A stretch of 64,000 nucleotides of DNA from the NCBI GenBank assembly GCA_035509435.1, contig DATJLR010000002.1, positions 69,774-133,773 of the forward strand, read 5' to 3'. This document shows positions 39,004-48,735 of the stretch, one piece after another. This DNA comes from Minisyncoccota bacterium (GTDB taxonomy: Bacteria; Patescibacteriota; Minisyncoccia; UBA6257; 2-01-FULL-56-20). A program made the translations under genes and the position numbers. The notes beneath the pieces are model-generated. The model was given only the letters and a program-made list of their open reading frames with translations, ran no database searches and was not told where the DNA came from. The number at the start of each line of letters is the position of its first letter. The stretch's first letter is position 1.

Positions 39004-39228
39004 ATGAGAATAGAAAATCAGGCAGGAGCGCCAAAGACGAACGAGGAATATTTCCAGGAAATCGAAGCGCTGTTGGGAGAAGGGTGGAAGTTCGGCGGCA
39101 ATGACTTTCAGCAAGATCAAACGTGGCGTGTGGTGATGACAAAAGAAGGGGAGGAAGACAAGGAATTCCATCTGACCAAGGCATATCCCAAAATGGTCGA
39201 TAGGACCGGCACGACGAAGAACGGATGA
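39004..39228 (+). CDS. Small hypothetical protein
   Basis: 74-aa ORF followed by a good terminator. Lower GC than its surroundings. Confidence 0.3.
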   Translation: MRIENQAGAPKTNEEYFQEIEALLGEGWKFGGNDFQQDQTWRVVMTKEGEEDKEFHLTKAYPKMVDRTGTTKNG

Positions 39229-39238
39229 AATGATCAAA

Positions 39239-39276
39239 CCCCTCCGCCTAAGTGGCCGGAGGGGTCGGTTTTTTCT
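39239..39276 (+). terminator. Rho-independent terminator
   Basis: CCCCTCCGCC-taagt-GGCCGGAGGGG hairpin followed by a TTTTTT run. Confidence 0.65.
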
Positions 39277-39490
39277 TTCGTGAGTAGAACAGGTATGCCG
39301 ATGCCCAGGCGATGCCTCCGGGGAGGACAAAAAGTGCTCCCACGATGAGCGCTTTTTTCAGCTTCACGCAGAGCTCCTCTCTGGTGCTGTATCAATGGTA
39401 TCGCTCCGCGAGGGGAGCCGTCAATATTTTTCAATCAATAAGAAACGCCGCCTTCGTAGAGACAGGCGGCGTTGAGTTTAGGGCACGAGA

Positions 39491-40144
39491 TCATCCGCCG
39501 TTCTTTCGGGCGAGGAATTCTTTTCCTTTGCCGCGGGCGGTGTTTATGGGAACGTCCCGTGCGCATAGTGGGCATTTTTCCGCGGACCATTTGTCGAGAG
39601 TGATGTCGACGAGCGAATAGAGCTCAGGAACATCGCCAATCTCAGCTGCCGTGACGCCGCCGCGATTGCAGATGGCGGCGACGCCACGGATGTCCCCGCC
39701 AAGAGCACGTACGGCCTGCACCACCGCCTTCACCGAACCGCCGGTGGTGAGCACGTCTTCGACAATAAGTACCCGCTTGCCAGGGATGAGCTTTTCATAT
39801 CCCCGCGCGAAGATGAATGTACCATCGTTCGTGGTGTCCTTTTCGGCATAGACCGCGAGCACGTCATTGATGTTCGTAATGTCCGTGAGCCTATGTGCGG
39901 TCCATTGCGAGAGGATGATGCCGCCCTTTTCCGGTCCGACGACGACCTGAATGTCGTCGAATTCAAATCGATCGGCGAAAAGTCGGCAAAGACGTGCTGT
40001 TTCCACAGTATGCGGATAGATCGCATCCTTGTTGACATACACCGATCCGTGATCGCCTTTCGTGTAGACGAAGTGGTCGTTCGTGAGCACGGCATTCAAC
40101 CGTCCCAGGATTTCCAACGCGACCTGTTCTGTCGTGGTGTTCAT
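39491..40144 (-). CDS. pyrE: Orotate phosphoribosyltransferase
   Basis: PRPP-binding motif VLIVEDVLTTGGS. Start at the ATG overlapping the pyrF stop (ATGA at 40141..40144); the track ORF starts at 40168. Confidence 0.9.
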   Translation of the reverse strand: MNTTTEQVALEILGRLNAVLTNDHFVYTKGDHGSVYVNKDAIYPHTVETARLCRLFADRFEFDDIQVVVGPEKGGIILSQWTAHRLTDITNINDVLAVYAEKDTTNDGTFIFARGYEKLIPGKRVLIVEDVLTTGGSVKAVVQAVRALGGDIRGVAAICNRGGVTAAEIGDVPELYSLVDITLDKWSAEKCPLCARDVPINTARGKGKEFLARKNGG

Positions 40145-41070
40145 CGGGTTGCAAGCTCCTCCCGGCACTGGGTGATGAGGTTGTGAAGCGTGAGGGTTTC
40201 GCGCCTCGCCGCTTCGGCAAAATCTTCGCCGTGCGAGGCAAAGATGATGCCGCGGGACGAGTTGATGATCATTCCCGCGCCGCGCGAGTCCATTGCCGCG
40301 CTGACCGTCGCTTTGACATCGCCACCCTGTGCCCCGATGCCGGGGATGAGGATCGGCGTGCCATCGACGACATTGCGGACGTTGCGGAGTTCATGGGGAT
40401 AGGTCGCTCCTACGACCACTCCGCAGTTTCCGTTTTTGTTCCAGGCGATGCTCACTTGGCAGGCGACATGAAGATACATCGGTGCATAACATCCAGGAAT
40501 CCCTATGGACCATCCGGTCGCGTGGCAGCGAGAGAGAAATTCAATCTCCCCTCTGCTTACGCCAACCTGAAGGTCTTGGAATTCACCCGCGCCGGGATTT
40601 GATGTCCGGCAGAGGATGAATATCCCTTTGTCGTCCCGATCAAGGAATGGCTGGAGCGCTTTTGCGCCGAGGTAGGGATGGAGCGTGATGGCGTCAGCCT
40701 GGAAATACTCGAATGCTTCACGCACATATCCGGCGTTGGTGCTGCCGATGTCCCCGCGCTTGGCGTCGAGGATCACGGGAATTTCCGGCGCAAAGTTGTG
40801 GATGTATTGTATCGTCCGCTGGAGCGCTGCGATGCCTTCGGCACCGTATCCCGCATAGGATGCGATGTTCGGCTTGTAGGCACACACGATCGTGGATGTC
40901 GCATTGACGATGGCCGCATTGAAGGTCACGATCGACCTGATGATGTCGTTGAAGCTCTTTGTGCGTACGGATTCCGGGATTTGCGCATAGTCGCTGTCCA
41001 ATCCGACGCATACGAATTTGCCGGCCGACCAGCGGGATTCAAGCAGGCTGCGGAAGTTTCTGTCTCCCAT
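40141..41070 (-). CDS. pyrF: Orotidine 5'-phosphate decarboxylase (type 2, long form)
   Basis: FVCVGLDSD, DAKRGDIGST and related OMPdecase motifs. 309 aa. Confidence 0.88.
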   Translation of the reverse strand: MGDRNFRSLLESRWSAGKFVCVGLDSDYAQIPESVRTKSFNDIIRSIVTFNAAIVNATSTIVCAYKPNIASYAGYGAEGIAALQRTIQYIHNFAPEIPVILDAKRGDIGSTNAGYVREAFEYFQADAITLHPYLGAKALQPFLDRDDKGIFILCRTSNPGAGEFQDLQVGVSRGEIEFLSRCHATGWSIGIPGCYAPMYLHVACQVSIAWNKNGNCGVVVGATYPHELRNVRNVVDGTPILIPGIGAQGGDVKATVSAAMDSRGAGMIINSSRGIIFASHGEDFAEAARRETLTLHNLITQCREELATR

Positions 41071-41152
41071 ATTGATCTCCTTGGTAAAGGGCTGAATTCG
41101 GCCAGATCCTGTCGGACCAGGCTTGCGATTGTTTTAGCAGAAAAGAAAGGGA

Positions 41153-42193
41153 TTGGCAATGAATATCGCACGTGCGTCGGTTATTGACATCCAATACGGA
41201 TGTGGGGGCCGTGTCGCCGTTGAACCCAACACCAAGCCGCCCAACCTCACCGGCGAGGACTCGGTCCGCTATTGCCGGGAGATCGAGGCGCTTCTTGAGC
41301 GTTATCCTCGCGAGAAGCGGTTCACGCCGGTGCCGATCATGCAGATCACCGAGCATACCACTCCGCAGATGGCGCTCGATGCGTACGCGCTCGGGGTGCG
41401 GATATTCAAGGTGTACCCTTTCTTCGTAACGACGAACTCGGAGAACGGAGTGAAGGATTACACCAAGCTTTACCGGGTGTTCGAAACGCTTGAAAAACTT
41501 CCCGGGGTCGTCGTTCAGTTTCATGCTGAAACGCCACGCTTCGAAGTGTTCGGGCGGATCAAGGAAGAGCGGTTCTTCACTGGCGAGGGCGCGGAGATGC
41601 CCGAGATCGAACGGCGGTTCCAAGGCCTCGCGATCAGCATCGAGCACGTCAGCTCGAAGGTCGGCATCGAGTGGATCAGGCAATTTCCGCTTGAACGCCG
41701 GATCAGGGGCAGTATCACGATCCAACACATCACGAATACTGCTGACGACATGTCGGGATACAGCTGGCGGAGCGGGGGACTCATGCGGGTGCACGAAGGA
41801 TTCAAGCCCCAGGCAAAGGATCCCGATGACCGCGACGCTGTCCGTGCCGCTGCGCTTTCCGGAGACCCGCGTTTCTTCAACAGCAACGACGATGCGTGGC
41901 ATCTCAAAAGCAGCAAAGAATGCGCTGGCGCAAATTGCGGGGCCGCGAACACCATCGCGGCGCCGTCGCTTACCATCGAGTTCTTTGAGGAGAATCACGC
42001 ATTGGACAAGCTCGAGCCGTTCGTTTCGGAGTTCGGCCCCCGTTTCTACGGATATTCGCCGAACACCGGAACGACGCGGTATGTGAAGAAACCGTCACGG
42101 GTCCCGGCCGAACTGGAGGTTCCCGGCTCGGGGGACACGGTGATACCATGGCGCGCCGGAGAAGAGCTCCAATGGCAGGTCGCAGACGATTGA
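41153..42193 (+). CDS. Dihydroorotase-like protein (type II PyrC homologue lacking the N-terminal HxH metal ligands)
   Basis: Clear similarity to E. coli-type PyrC (VEPNTKPP, KVYPFFVTTNS, FNSNDDAWHLKSSKECAGANCGAANTIAAPS...GPRFYG), but the ORF cannot extend upstream (stop at 41135) to include the DxHxH region. TTG or ATG (41159) start. Confidence 0.7.
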   Translation: MAMNIARASVIDIQYGCGGRVAVEPNTKPPNLTGEDSVRYCREIEALLERYPREKRFTPVPIMQITEHTTPQMALDAYALGVRIFKVYPFFVTTNSENGVKDYTKLYRVFETLEKLPGVVVQFHAETPRFEVFGRIKEERFFTGEGAEMPEIERRFQGLAISIEHVSSKVGIEWIRQFPLERRIRGSITIQHITNTADDMSGYSWRSGGLMRVHEGFKPQAKDPDDRDAVRAAALSGDPRFFNSNDDAWHLKSSKECAGANCGAANTIAAPSLTIEFFEENHALDKLEPFVSEFGPRFYGYSPNTGTTRYVKKPSRVPAELEVPGSGDTVIPWRAGEELQWQVADD

Positions 42194-42390
42194 TCGAGAT
42201 GTTTTTTTCTCCGCCGCCGTCCGAAAGGATGGCGGCGTTTCTTATTTGACAAGCGATAATTTTTTTAATATAAAGAAACCAGCTTGGAAGGAGGTCAAAA
42301 TCCGATAGTCCAATGCGCTTTGCATGAAAATGGCTCAGCGTACGCCTTCCCATTAACCCCTCCCTTTAATCCCCCCTAAAGGAGAAATCC

Positions 42391-42948
42391 ATGAACAGCA
42401 TGGTAAAATCGGCCATTGTGTCCTTACTGGTTGCGCTTCTCGCGCTCGCGCCAGTACAACCCGCTTACGCGACGACCTTAACCCGTCGTGCAGAGGGAAT
42501 GAGGAAGCTTCTTCCAATGTCAGAAGACCTTCTTCAGAAAACCCTTGCGATCTGCAACAAGCCCGATGTTCGGGACTTTGCGGAAGCGCAGGATTGCCGG
42601 GACACTGCGACGGGACTGCTCCAGCATGCGAAGAAGGGCAGGGCATTTCTTCAGGACCCCACGAGCGATTCAGCGGGTGTCTGGCTGCAGGAACATGCTG
42701 AAGGGTATCAGCGCCTCCAGAAAAACCTGGAGGCCCTGCAATTGCGCCTGAATCCCGCGGTGGATCCCACGCTATTTGAACATGCTCGGCCTCGCGCATG
42801 TTTGCGTACCGTGGCGAAGGAGGTCACGTGCGCGGATATGCTGGGCGTCGCAACGGCGATCTGCTCCCTATATCTCGCAGTTTCGCCCCTCGCCGGGGTG
42901 ATTTGCGAGGTCGCGTCCATCTATGGATACATCGGCTGTATCTATTGA
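42391..42948 (+). CDS. Secreted hypothetical protein
   Basis: Signal peptide MNSMVKSAIVSLLVALLALAPVQPAYA, several Cys. 185 aa. Confidence 0.45.
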   Translation: MNSMVKSAIVSLLVALLALAPVQPAYATTLTRRAEGMRKLLPMSEDLLQKTLAICNKPDVRDFAEAQDCRDTATGLLQHAKKGRAFLQDPTSDSAGVWLQEHAEGYQRLQKNLEALQLRLNPAVDPTLFEHARPRACLRTVAKEVTCADMLGVATAICSLYLAVSPLAGVICEVASIYGYIGCIY

Positions 42949-42957
42949 GGAGGACAA

Positions 42958-43224
42958 ATGCCGGATCTGAGAAGAAGAACCCTTCCCGCACCATCGACAG
43001 TGGCGATCGGTGTGGGGATGTTGTGGTTGATCGCAGGAGTCACAATTGTCATCATGCACGACTTCCGCGTCCACCTTCTTGATTCCTTTCTCCTCATAGG
43101 AAGCGCGCTCGTCTTGGTGGGAGGAAACGAGAAGATTCTGAAAGGATCAAAGTGGCGTTGGATTGGACGGCTCGTATTCGTGTTGTTGGTCTGGGCCGCT
43201 ATATCCAGTATCCTGAGACCTTGA
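42958..43224 (+). CDS. Small membrane protein
   Basis: 88 aa, two or three hydrophobic helices. Follows the previous gene by 9 nt. Confidence 0.35.
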   Translation: MPDLRRRTLPAPSTVAIGVGMLWLIAGVTIVIMHDFRVHLLDSFLLIGSALVLVGGNEKILKGSKWRWIGRLVFVLLVWAAISSILRP

Positions 43225-43291
43225 TCCTCACTCAACTCTTAACGAAGGCCGCGGGCAAACGTCTGCGGCCTTTTCTTTGGGGCCACTTTGA

Positions 43292-43582
43292 TTGACATGC
43301 GACCGAAAGCATCGGATATTTATGGTGGCAAGAGGTCCATCGCAGGAGGAAAAATGTATGAAGCCGCTTGGCAATCTGGAAGACCTTCGCCCCTGGTGTC
43401 TGGAGGCAACACAACGGGACGAGGAGATATTCGCCGTGTCCGGAGAGATCGATCAGGCTACGGCAAGCGCCTTCGCCGGGGCCGTGAACCGTGAACGCCC
43501 GGATCATATCTGGGTGGAGGTTGTGACTGTTGTATGCAATCCTGACCCTTCGACCGTGATCCGCGTCCGCTGTTCGGCATGA
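43292..43582 (+). CDS. Hypothetical protein (possible STAS-like fragment)
   Basis: 96-aa ORF; EIFAVSGEIDQATASAFAGAV is weakly reminiscent of anti-sigma antagonist domains. Low confidence. Confidence 0.25.
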   Translation: MTCDRKHRIFMVARGPSQEEKCMKPLGNLEDLRPWCLEATQRDEEIFAVSGEIDQATASAFAGAVNRERPDHIWVEVVTVVCNPDPSTVIRVRCSA

Positions 43583-43628
43583 CGGCGGCGCAATGACGGC
43601 GACCTGCTTTTGCAGAGGTCGCCGTTTT

Positions 43629-44054
43629 CTATTTATTGGCCCGGTGCTTTTCGCACTTACAGCCCTTGGGCTTGATGAACTTGTCGAAATATTCCTTGCC
43701 GTAGTCGTAGGTGAGCTCGGTTCCCGCCTTGATGCGTTTGCGGGAGAAGATGAATATCCTGTCGCCGGGACCGATCGCTTCGCAGTTCGGCCTGCACGAG
43801 TGGTTGATGTACCGCGCGCGGTTGGCGCGCACGTTCCCGTCGATCGTCTTGCGGGAGTTCACCTCAAAAAGATATCTGCCTTCGTCCTCGTCCGCCTCTT
43901 TGCTGCTCACCACGCGGCCGGTGTATTCGATGACGCAGACCCCTTTCGGGATATCCTCTTTGGTGAAGAGGCCTTTGCCGGTGAGCGAGCGGCGAACGGA
44001 AAGTTTGTAGCCCCGAGGGGTATATTTGGAGAGATGTTTTTTCATATGGCCCAA
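43629..44054 (-). CDS. SET-domain protein (putative lysine methyltransferase)
   Basis: RYINHSCRPNCE and GTELTYDYG, classic SET/post-SET motifs. 141 aa. Confidence 0.8.
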   Translation of the reverse strand: MGHMKKHLSKYTPRGYKLSVRRSLTGKGLFTKEDIPKGVCVIEYTGRVVSSKEADEDEGRYLFEVNSRKTIDGNVRANRARYINHSCRPNCEAIGPGDRIFIFSRKRIKAGTELTYDYGKEYFDKFIKPKGCKCEKHRANK

Positions 44055-44078
44055 AACCGCCTGATGTAGGGGTCTATT

Positions 44079-44756
44079 TTACCATATATACGGCACAAGC
44101 CGATAGCGGACCTTCTGCGTGTATTCGGCATACCCCGGAAGATCTTTCTTCAATATTTTTTCTTCGTCGATCATCCGCCACAGAAGGATGGGAAAGAAGG
44201 GGACGATGAGGGCTATCGTCCACCATGAACCGAGCGCGAGCGGGATGCCCACAAAGAGCCATAATGCTCCCGCATACATCGGATGCCGCACGTGCGCGTA
44301 CGGGCCGCTCGAGACCACCTTTTGGTCAGCCGCCACGGTGATGTTCGCCGCCGCGAAGCTGTTCACGCGGATGACCCAGAAGATAAAGAGGAAAGAAAGC
44401 ACGATGATGAGATTGCCGAGCACGCTGCCCCATGCGGGAACCGGCGAGAGGCCGTAGCGATGGTCAAGCACGGCGAGGACGATGAAGGCAAAGAACGAGA
44501 AGATGATGAGCGATATGATGATCTTCTGCGCCGCGCCCTCCTCTTTCCACGGTCCGGCGTTCATCCTGCGCTCAAGGAGCGGGCGATCATAGAGCAAGAG
44601 GTATATCGTGAAGGCGATCGTCGAGAGCGCAAAGACGGCGAGAAAAAGCCAGCCCTGCCAGTACTGCCACGTTCCCGCGCTCACGTATATGAGCGCCACG
44701 AAGAACGCCATCCCGAGCACGCTTTGCATGATCGCTTTCCCGATGAGGGACCTCAT
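44079..44756 (-). CDS. Isoprenylcysteine carboxyl methyltransferase (ICMT)/phospholipid methyltransferase family membrane protein
   Basis: Multi-TM, C-terminal VSSGPYAHVRHPMYAGALWLFVGIPL motif of the ICMT/PEMT family. 225 aa. Confidence 0.8.
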   Translation of the reverse strand: MRSLIGKAIMQSVLGMAFFVALIYVSAGTWQYWQGWLFLAVFALSTIAFTIYLLLYDRPLLERRMNAGPWKEEGAAQKIIISLIIFSFFAFIVLAVLDHRYGLSPVPAWGSVLGNLIIVLSFLFIFWVIRVNSFAAANITVAADQKVVSSGPYAHVRHPMYAGALWLFVGIPLALGSWWTIALIVPFFPILLWRMIDEEKILKKDLPGYAEYTQKVRYRLVPYIW

Positions 44757-45062
44757 ACTCTAACGATACACCTGCTGGCGGCAAGCACAACTTGCTGCTC
44801 CGCATGATACGCGCCGTAAGAACCCACACTTACAGCCATGTAATGCCACGTGAGCAGACCTCAACGCCCAGTGTTTAGGGCTTTCTAGCCCGTAAATGCC
44901 CCCGTGTGCGATCGTTCGCCGCGGGTGAGGGTTGAGGAGGCGGTAAGGGGCGGGAGACGTGGGACATTAGCACGTTTCATCGGGCATAATGTTTCACTCG
45001 CCAAAAAAGGAAAATAGCCCACTTTTACCCAAGCATTACCTAATTTTTTAGAGAAAATCAAA

Positions 45063-45677
45063 ATGCCAATCAGATTTACCATCCCTAATAATTTCGGTAA
45101 GACGCAGATGCCACGACGTTTCACTATGAGTTCCCAAGAATCCAAGGAAACCGTTGAGGGCAAAGAAGGTCTTAGCGTCGCCGAACTGAAAAAGGGCGGC
45201 GTGTTCCGGGGTCGGCGCGTGGAAGCGCAATACGGGTTTCGATATGGCGAGTTCGAGATGATACTCGTCCACGATCCGATCGAGCTCGATTGGTACTTGA
45301 AGATTACGAATCCGGGGCCAAGAAACCGGAATAACGCCATCACGATCGTCGAGACCTCTTGCCACTATGGAGGCGTCCGGGAGTGGTTCGTGTGCCCTCG
45401 TTGCGAGCGTCGCTGCGGCAACTTGTACAAAGATGAAGATGACTTCGCCTGCCGGCGCTGCATGGATTTCGGATACGCTTCGCAAAGGGTGAACTATCGG
45501 AGCTTTGAGCCGACCATTGTTCGCATGAAGAAATATGAAAAAGAGATCGAAAAGAAACCCATTTACCAATCTTACAAAGGGAAGCCAACAAAACGTGCCC
45601 TGCGCTACGACAAGCTCTTGGAGCGGTTAGGATCGTGGAGCGAAGCTTTTAACCAGCGGGAAGCGGAGGAGCTTTAA
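45063..45677 (+). CDS. Hypothetical protein with CxxC...CxxC zinc-ribbon
   Basis: CPRCERRCGNLYKDEDDFACRRCMD motif, 204 aa, AT-rich codon usage. The overlapping minus ORF 44885..45343 is less protein-like. Confidence 0.5.
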   Translation: MPIRFTIPNNFGKTQMPRRFTMSSQESKETVEGKEGLSVAELKKGGVFRGRRVEAQYGFRYGEFEMILVHDPIELDWYLKITNPGPRNRNNAITIVETSCHYGGVREWFVCPRCERRCGNLYKDEDDFACRRCMDFGYASQRVNYRSFEPTIVRMKKYEKEIEKKPIYQSYKGKPTKRALRYDKLLERLGSWSEAFNQREAEEL

Positions 45678-45768
45678 CTTCATACTTGGGGATACATCAC
45701 GCTTCCCTTGGTGCTGTTATTTTTGTAAAATTAAAGTATTAAAACGGTCTAGCGCTCGTTTAATTCAA

Positions 45769-46389
45769 ATGGTTCTTACTAACGATAAACTCATACGTGC
45801 GGCTCTACGAGCTAACTTGGAACGGGACCTGCAAAGATACCGGGCAAAGAGCGGCCATCCAGCGCAAATTTTTGAAGAACTTGGGGTAAGGCACGGCGTT
45901 TCAAGGATTGACCTTGCCGTGATCAACGGCGTGATGCACGGCTATGAGATAAAGAGTGACCTAGACACACTTCAAAGACTCCCGGATCAGGTAGATGCCT
46001 TTAGCTCCGTATTCGACAAGCTAACGCTCGTCGTCGGAAAAAAACATTTGTACGATGCGATAAACATCCTACCTGATTGGTGGGGGGTCTTGCTTGCAAA
46101 AGTTGATGACGATGGAACCTTGATTTTCCAATCTATCAGGAAGGCGAGTAAAAATTTTACGCAAGACCCCCATTCGATTGCGAAGCTTTTATGGAGGGAG
46201 GAGGCGTTACAAATTTTAGAGAATAAGAATAGAGCGAAAGGAGTTCGATCAAAAACACGCGACGTAATTTATGAGAGGTTGGCTGAGGTCATGCCGATCG
46301 GTGCACTGAAAGAGAGGGTGAGGGATGCACTATTGGTTTCTCGCGAAGGCTGGCGATCTGATCTACCACTAGCTTTAAGTGGTGATTAA
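45769..46389 (+). CDS. PD-(D/E)xK nuclease-fold protein (sce7726-family-like)
   Basis: RIDLAVING...GYEIKSD gives the D...ExK catalytic signature in the expected beta-strand context. ~206 aa, matching the uncharacterised sce7726-type proteins that pair with sce7725-type partners (family assignment from memory, unverified). Confidence 0.55.
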   Translation: MVLTNDKLIRAALRANLERDLQRYRAKSGHPAQIFEELGVRHGVSRIDLAVINGVMHGYEIKSDLDTLQRLPDQVDAFSSVFDKLTLVVGKKHLYDAINILPDWWGVLLAKVDDDGTLIFQSIRKASKNFTQDPHSIAKLLWREEALQILENKNRAKGVRSKTRDVIYERLAEVMPIGALKERVRDALLVSREGWRSDLPLALSGD

Positions 46390-47506
46390 TTTCCCAAGCA
46401 ATCCAATCTACTGCGCGGCCGGTACCTTTAAGTGAGGTATCTTTTATGTATCGGTGGAAATGCTTCGCCTTCTCAGCAATTTGTTTATCTCCCCAGCAGT
46501 GTTTTTCTCCGTAAAATAAATTTTTATCATCAATGATGTCTTCTACGAGTAGTTTCGCGTTTGCTAAATAATATTGGAACTCGGCTACTTTTCCCTTCAT
46601 AACCAGCCAATCTTTTTCGAGAGTGTATTTGATGCTTGTGGTTGAATTATAGTACTGAAGCGCTTCAACGAAAATGGGGTTTCGAATAGTGTAATCGGCG
46701 TAATTGGGCTTTCTAACGAGTTTTTGGGTTCGGACATGTTGAAACCAACCATGCCAATCCGCACGTGGTAAGAAGTTAGGTTTATCAAGCTCGCACTCGC
46801 CAACATCTTTTGGAAAAGCACCGCTTGCGAATATGAAGTTTTTCCAGCTACCTAAGTTTTTTATTTTTTGGCTGGCGGTCAAAAATTGTAAATACAGCCC
46901 GTCTTTTTCTTGGATTGCTTTGATATCGACCAATAAGTCGATCTCCTTTTCGGCTAAGTTAAATGCAGCCAAAAAGGCGCCGATTTTTTCATTTAGCTTT
47001 TCTGGATCGAGGAGGTCAGAGGATGCAATTCTCAGGCAAAGGCCCTCTTTGTATTTTCCATAAAGAGAACAAGCCGCTGCTTTTATGCTGTCATCATCGT
47101 TCAAATTCAAAACCGGGATCAACTTCGCCCCCAATCCCATAGCTGCTGGTACAATTGAATTTAATGCGTCTACTTTTAGCTGGGTAGTTAGCTCGCCCTC
47201 CATCAGTAATGTAAAGTCGACAAAGATAGGTCTAGAGCCCCACGCTTTAAATATCTCATTCGGGATTTCGTTTATGCGCTCTTCCTTAAATTTTTTCACC
47301 ACTTCCGCAAAGATTTCCTCTTGAGATTTTTTTACTTTCTTTTTCTCCCCGTTCTGGTGAACAATTTTGGAATTATTCACTGTCGGCATTACAAGCTCGA
47401 TCAGAGGCAGTAGAGCGTCTTTGGTTTTTTCATCCAAAGGCTCGAGCGCCCACTGTTCGGCCGGCTTCCACTTAAGTATTGGGGTGTACTGTTCTTTATT
47501 TAACAT
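46289..47506 (-). CDS. ~400-aa uncharacterised partner protein (sce7725-family-like)
   Basis: Long AT-rich ORF, convergent with and overlapping the nuclease-like gene by ~100 nt. Start placed at the internal ATG (MLNKEQYTPILKWKP...) 11 nt inside the upstream higA-immA gene. No catalytic motif recognised by eye. Confidence 0.5.
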   Translation of the reverse strand: MLNKEQYTPILKWKPAEQWALEPLDEKTKDALLPLIELVMPTVNNSKIVHQNGEKKKVKKSQEEIFAEVVKKFKEERINEIPNEIFKAWGSRPIFVDFTLLMEGELTTQLKVDALNSIVPAAMGLGAKLIPVLNLNDDDSIKAAACSLYGKYKEGLCLRIASSDLLDPEKLNEKIGAFLAAFNLAEKEIDLLVDIKAIQEKDGLYLQFLTASQKIKNLGSWKNFIFASGAFPKDVGECELDKPNFLPRADWHGWFQHVRTQKLVRKPNYADYTIRNPIFVEALQYYNSTTSIKYTLEKDWLVMKGKVAEFQYYLANAKLLVEDIIDDKNLFYGEKHCWGDKQIAEKAKHFHRYIKDTSLKGTGRAVDWIAWEINHHLKLVVDQIASLREKPIVHPSPSLSVHRSA

Positions 47507-48722
47507 GTTTTTTCTTTCCCGATTTCTCGTCGGGGAAAAGAACACGGACCTTTGTTTCGCCTACGATGCTGTTTAAATAAACCCATTTTCCGCTTTCATG
47601 TCTCATTTTCCCGGCGACAATAGCTACGTGAACGCCTAACTCTTTAGCCAGACTATTAGCTGCTATGGATGAGGGGACGAGCTTAGCAGCGCTTATTTCC
47701 CATTTATCGGAAGGTACCAAGGCTTCGCCTGCGAGCTTATCCGCTTCTCTTTCTTTTGTCCCGATATCCGATCCTTTTGGATCTTCAAGTTCGTCATAGA
47801 AGAAATCGATATCCTGATCATAATGCAAAGCCACGTGAGCCAACTCGTGCATTAGCGTAAACCAAAAATTATCTAGTCTATCGTATCTAAGAGTCAGTCC
47901 GATAATCGGATTTTTTTTATCCGCCATAATAGCCATCCCATCTAAAGATGTTTTGGAAAGATGAGGCACTATTACAAGAGTTATCCCGTGCTTTTTTAGA
48001 TAGTCTTTAGCGAGAATTGGTCCATTCTCTTGGATGCTTAATTTTGCTAGCGCCTGCATGAAATCGAGGTTAACCGTCCCGGGTTTATAGGGTGCGTGCG
48101 TGCTTTCTTCTTTTGCTTTTTTTAGAACGCGCGTAGCCCAAGCCGCTAACGCATGTTTATCCGTAAGAGGAGAAGAACGATAATTAGATTTCCGTAAGCC
48201 CATAATTTGCGCAGAAAACTTTGTTTGCGAAAAAAACTCTTTTAGTAAGTCCACCTTGTTCATTTTTTTGACTGATCCAGACCCAAAATAACCACGTTCT
48301 TCCATTTCGGCAATGAGGGCGTTGTTCCAGTTTTGATATTCTGAATTTTCATCTAGTGTCGGCTTTTGAATGAGGACTTTAGCTGGAATCCCAAGACCAA
48401 GCTCCAAAGCTCTAATCATTTCTATGCTAAGAGGTCTTTTCCCGGAGAGTATTTCTGAAACTCTACTAGGACTCCCAAGATACGGAATTAGGTCGGCAGG
48501 TTTTAGATCGGCCTGTTCCATTCTAAATTTAATTGCATCTATGGGACTAGGCAGCGCCGAAGGAAAATATCTTTTTTCATAATCCTCAATCAGCGTACTC
48601 AGCAGGGCGAGTTGCTCGCCTTCTGCTGAATCGGGGTTTGGATCATGGATCATAAGCGTCTCAAGTAATTTGAGCGCTTCTTGGTAATCTGATTCAGTTT
48701 TTATGACTTTGATTATGTTCAT
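47496..48722 (-). CDS. higA: HigA-like HTH (XRE) antitoxin fused to ImmA/IrrE-family metallopeptidase (HEXXH)
   Basis: N-terminus MNIIKVIKTESDYQEALKLLETLM...SRVSEILSGKRPLSIEMIRALELGLGIPAKVLI (HigA-type HTH). C-terminal LMHELAHVAL HEXXH zinc-peptidase motif (DUF955/ImmA). Confidence 0.75.
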   Translation of the reverse strand: MNIIKVIKTESDYQEALKLLETLMIHDPNPDSAEGEQLALLSTLIEDYEKRYFPSALPSPIDAIKFRMEQADLKPADLIPYLGSPSRVSEILSGKRPLSIEMIRALELGLGIPAKVLIQKPTLDENSEYQNWNNALIAEMEERGYFGSGSVKKMNKVDLLKEFFSQTKFSAQIMGLRKSNYRSSPLTDKHALAAWATRVLKKAKEESTHAPYKPGTVNLDFMQALAKLSIQENGPILAKDYLKKHGITLVIVPHLSKTSLDGMAIMADKKNPIIGLTLRYDRLDNFWFTLMHELAHVALHYDQDIDFFYDELEDPKGSDIGTKEREADKLAGEALVPSDKWEISAAKLVPSSIAANSLAKELGVHVAIVAGKMRHESGKWVYLNSIVGETKVRVLFPDEKSGKKKHVK

Positions 48723-48735
48723 GTTTTTAATTTCA

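Noticed and set aside
39442-39475. Hairpin AACGCCGCC-ttcgtagagacag-GCGGCGTT downstream of pyrE (minus strand)
   Set aside because: Probably just the pyrF-pyrE operon terminator. Not listed separately as a finding.
44885-45343. 152-aa minus ORF overlapping the Zn-ribbon gene start
   Set aside because: No motifs, and it overlaps a more protein-like plus-strand ORF that has upstream non-coding space. Kept only the plus ORF, though confidence is moderate.
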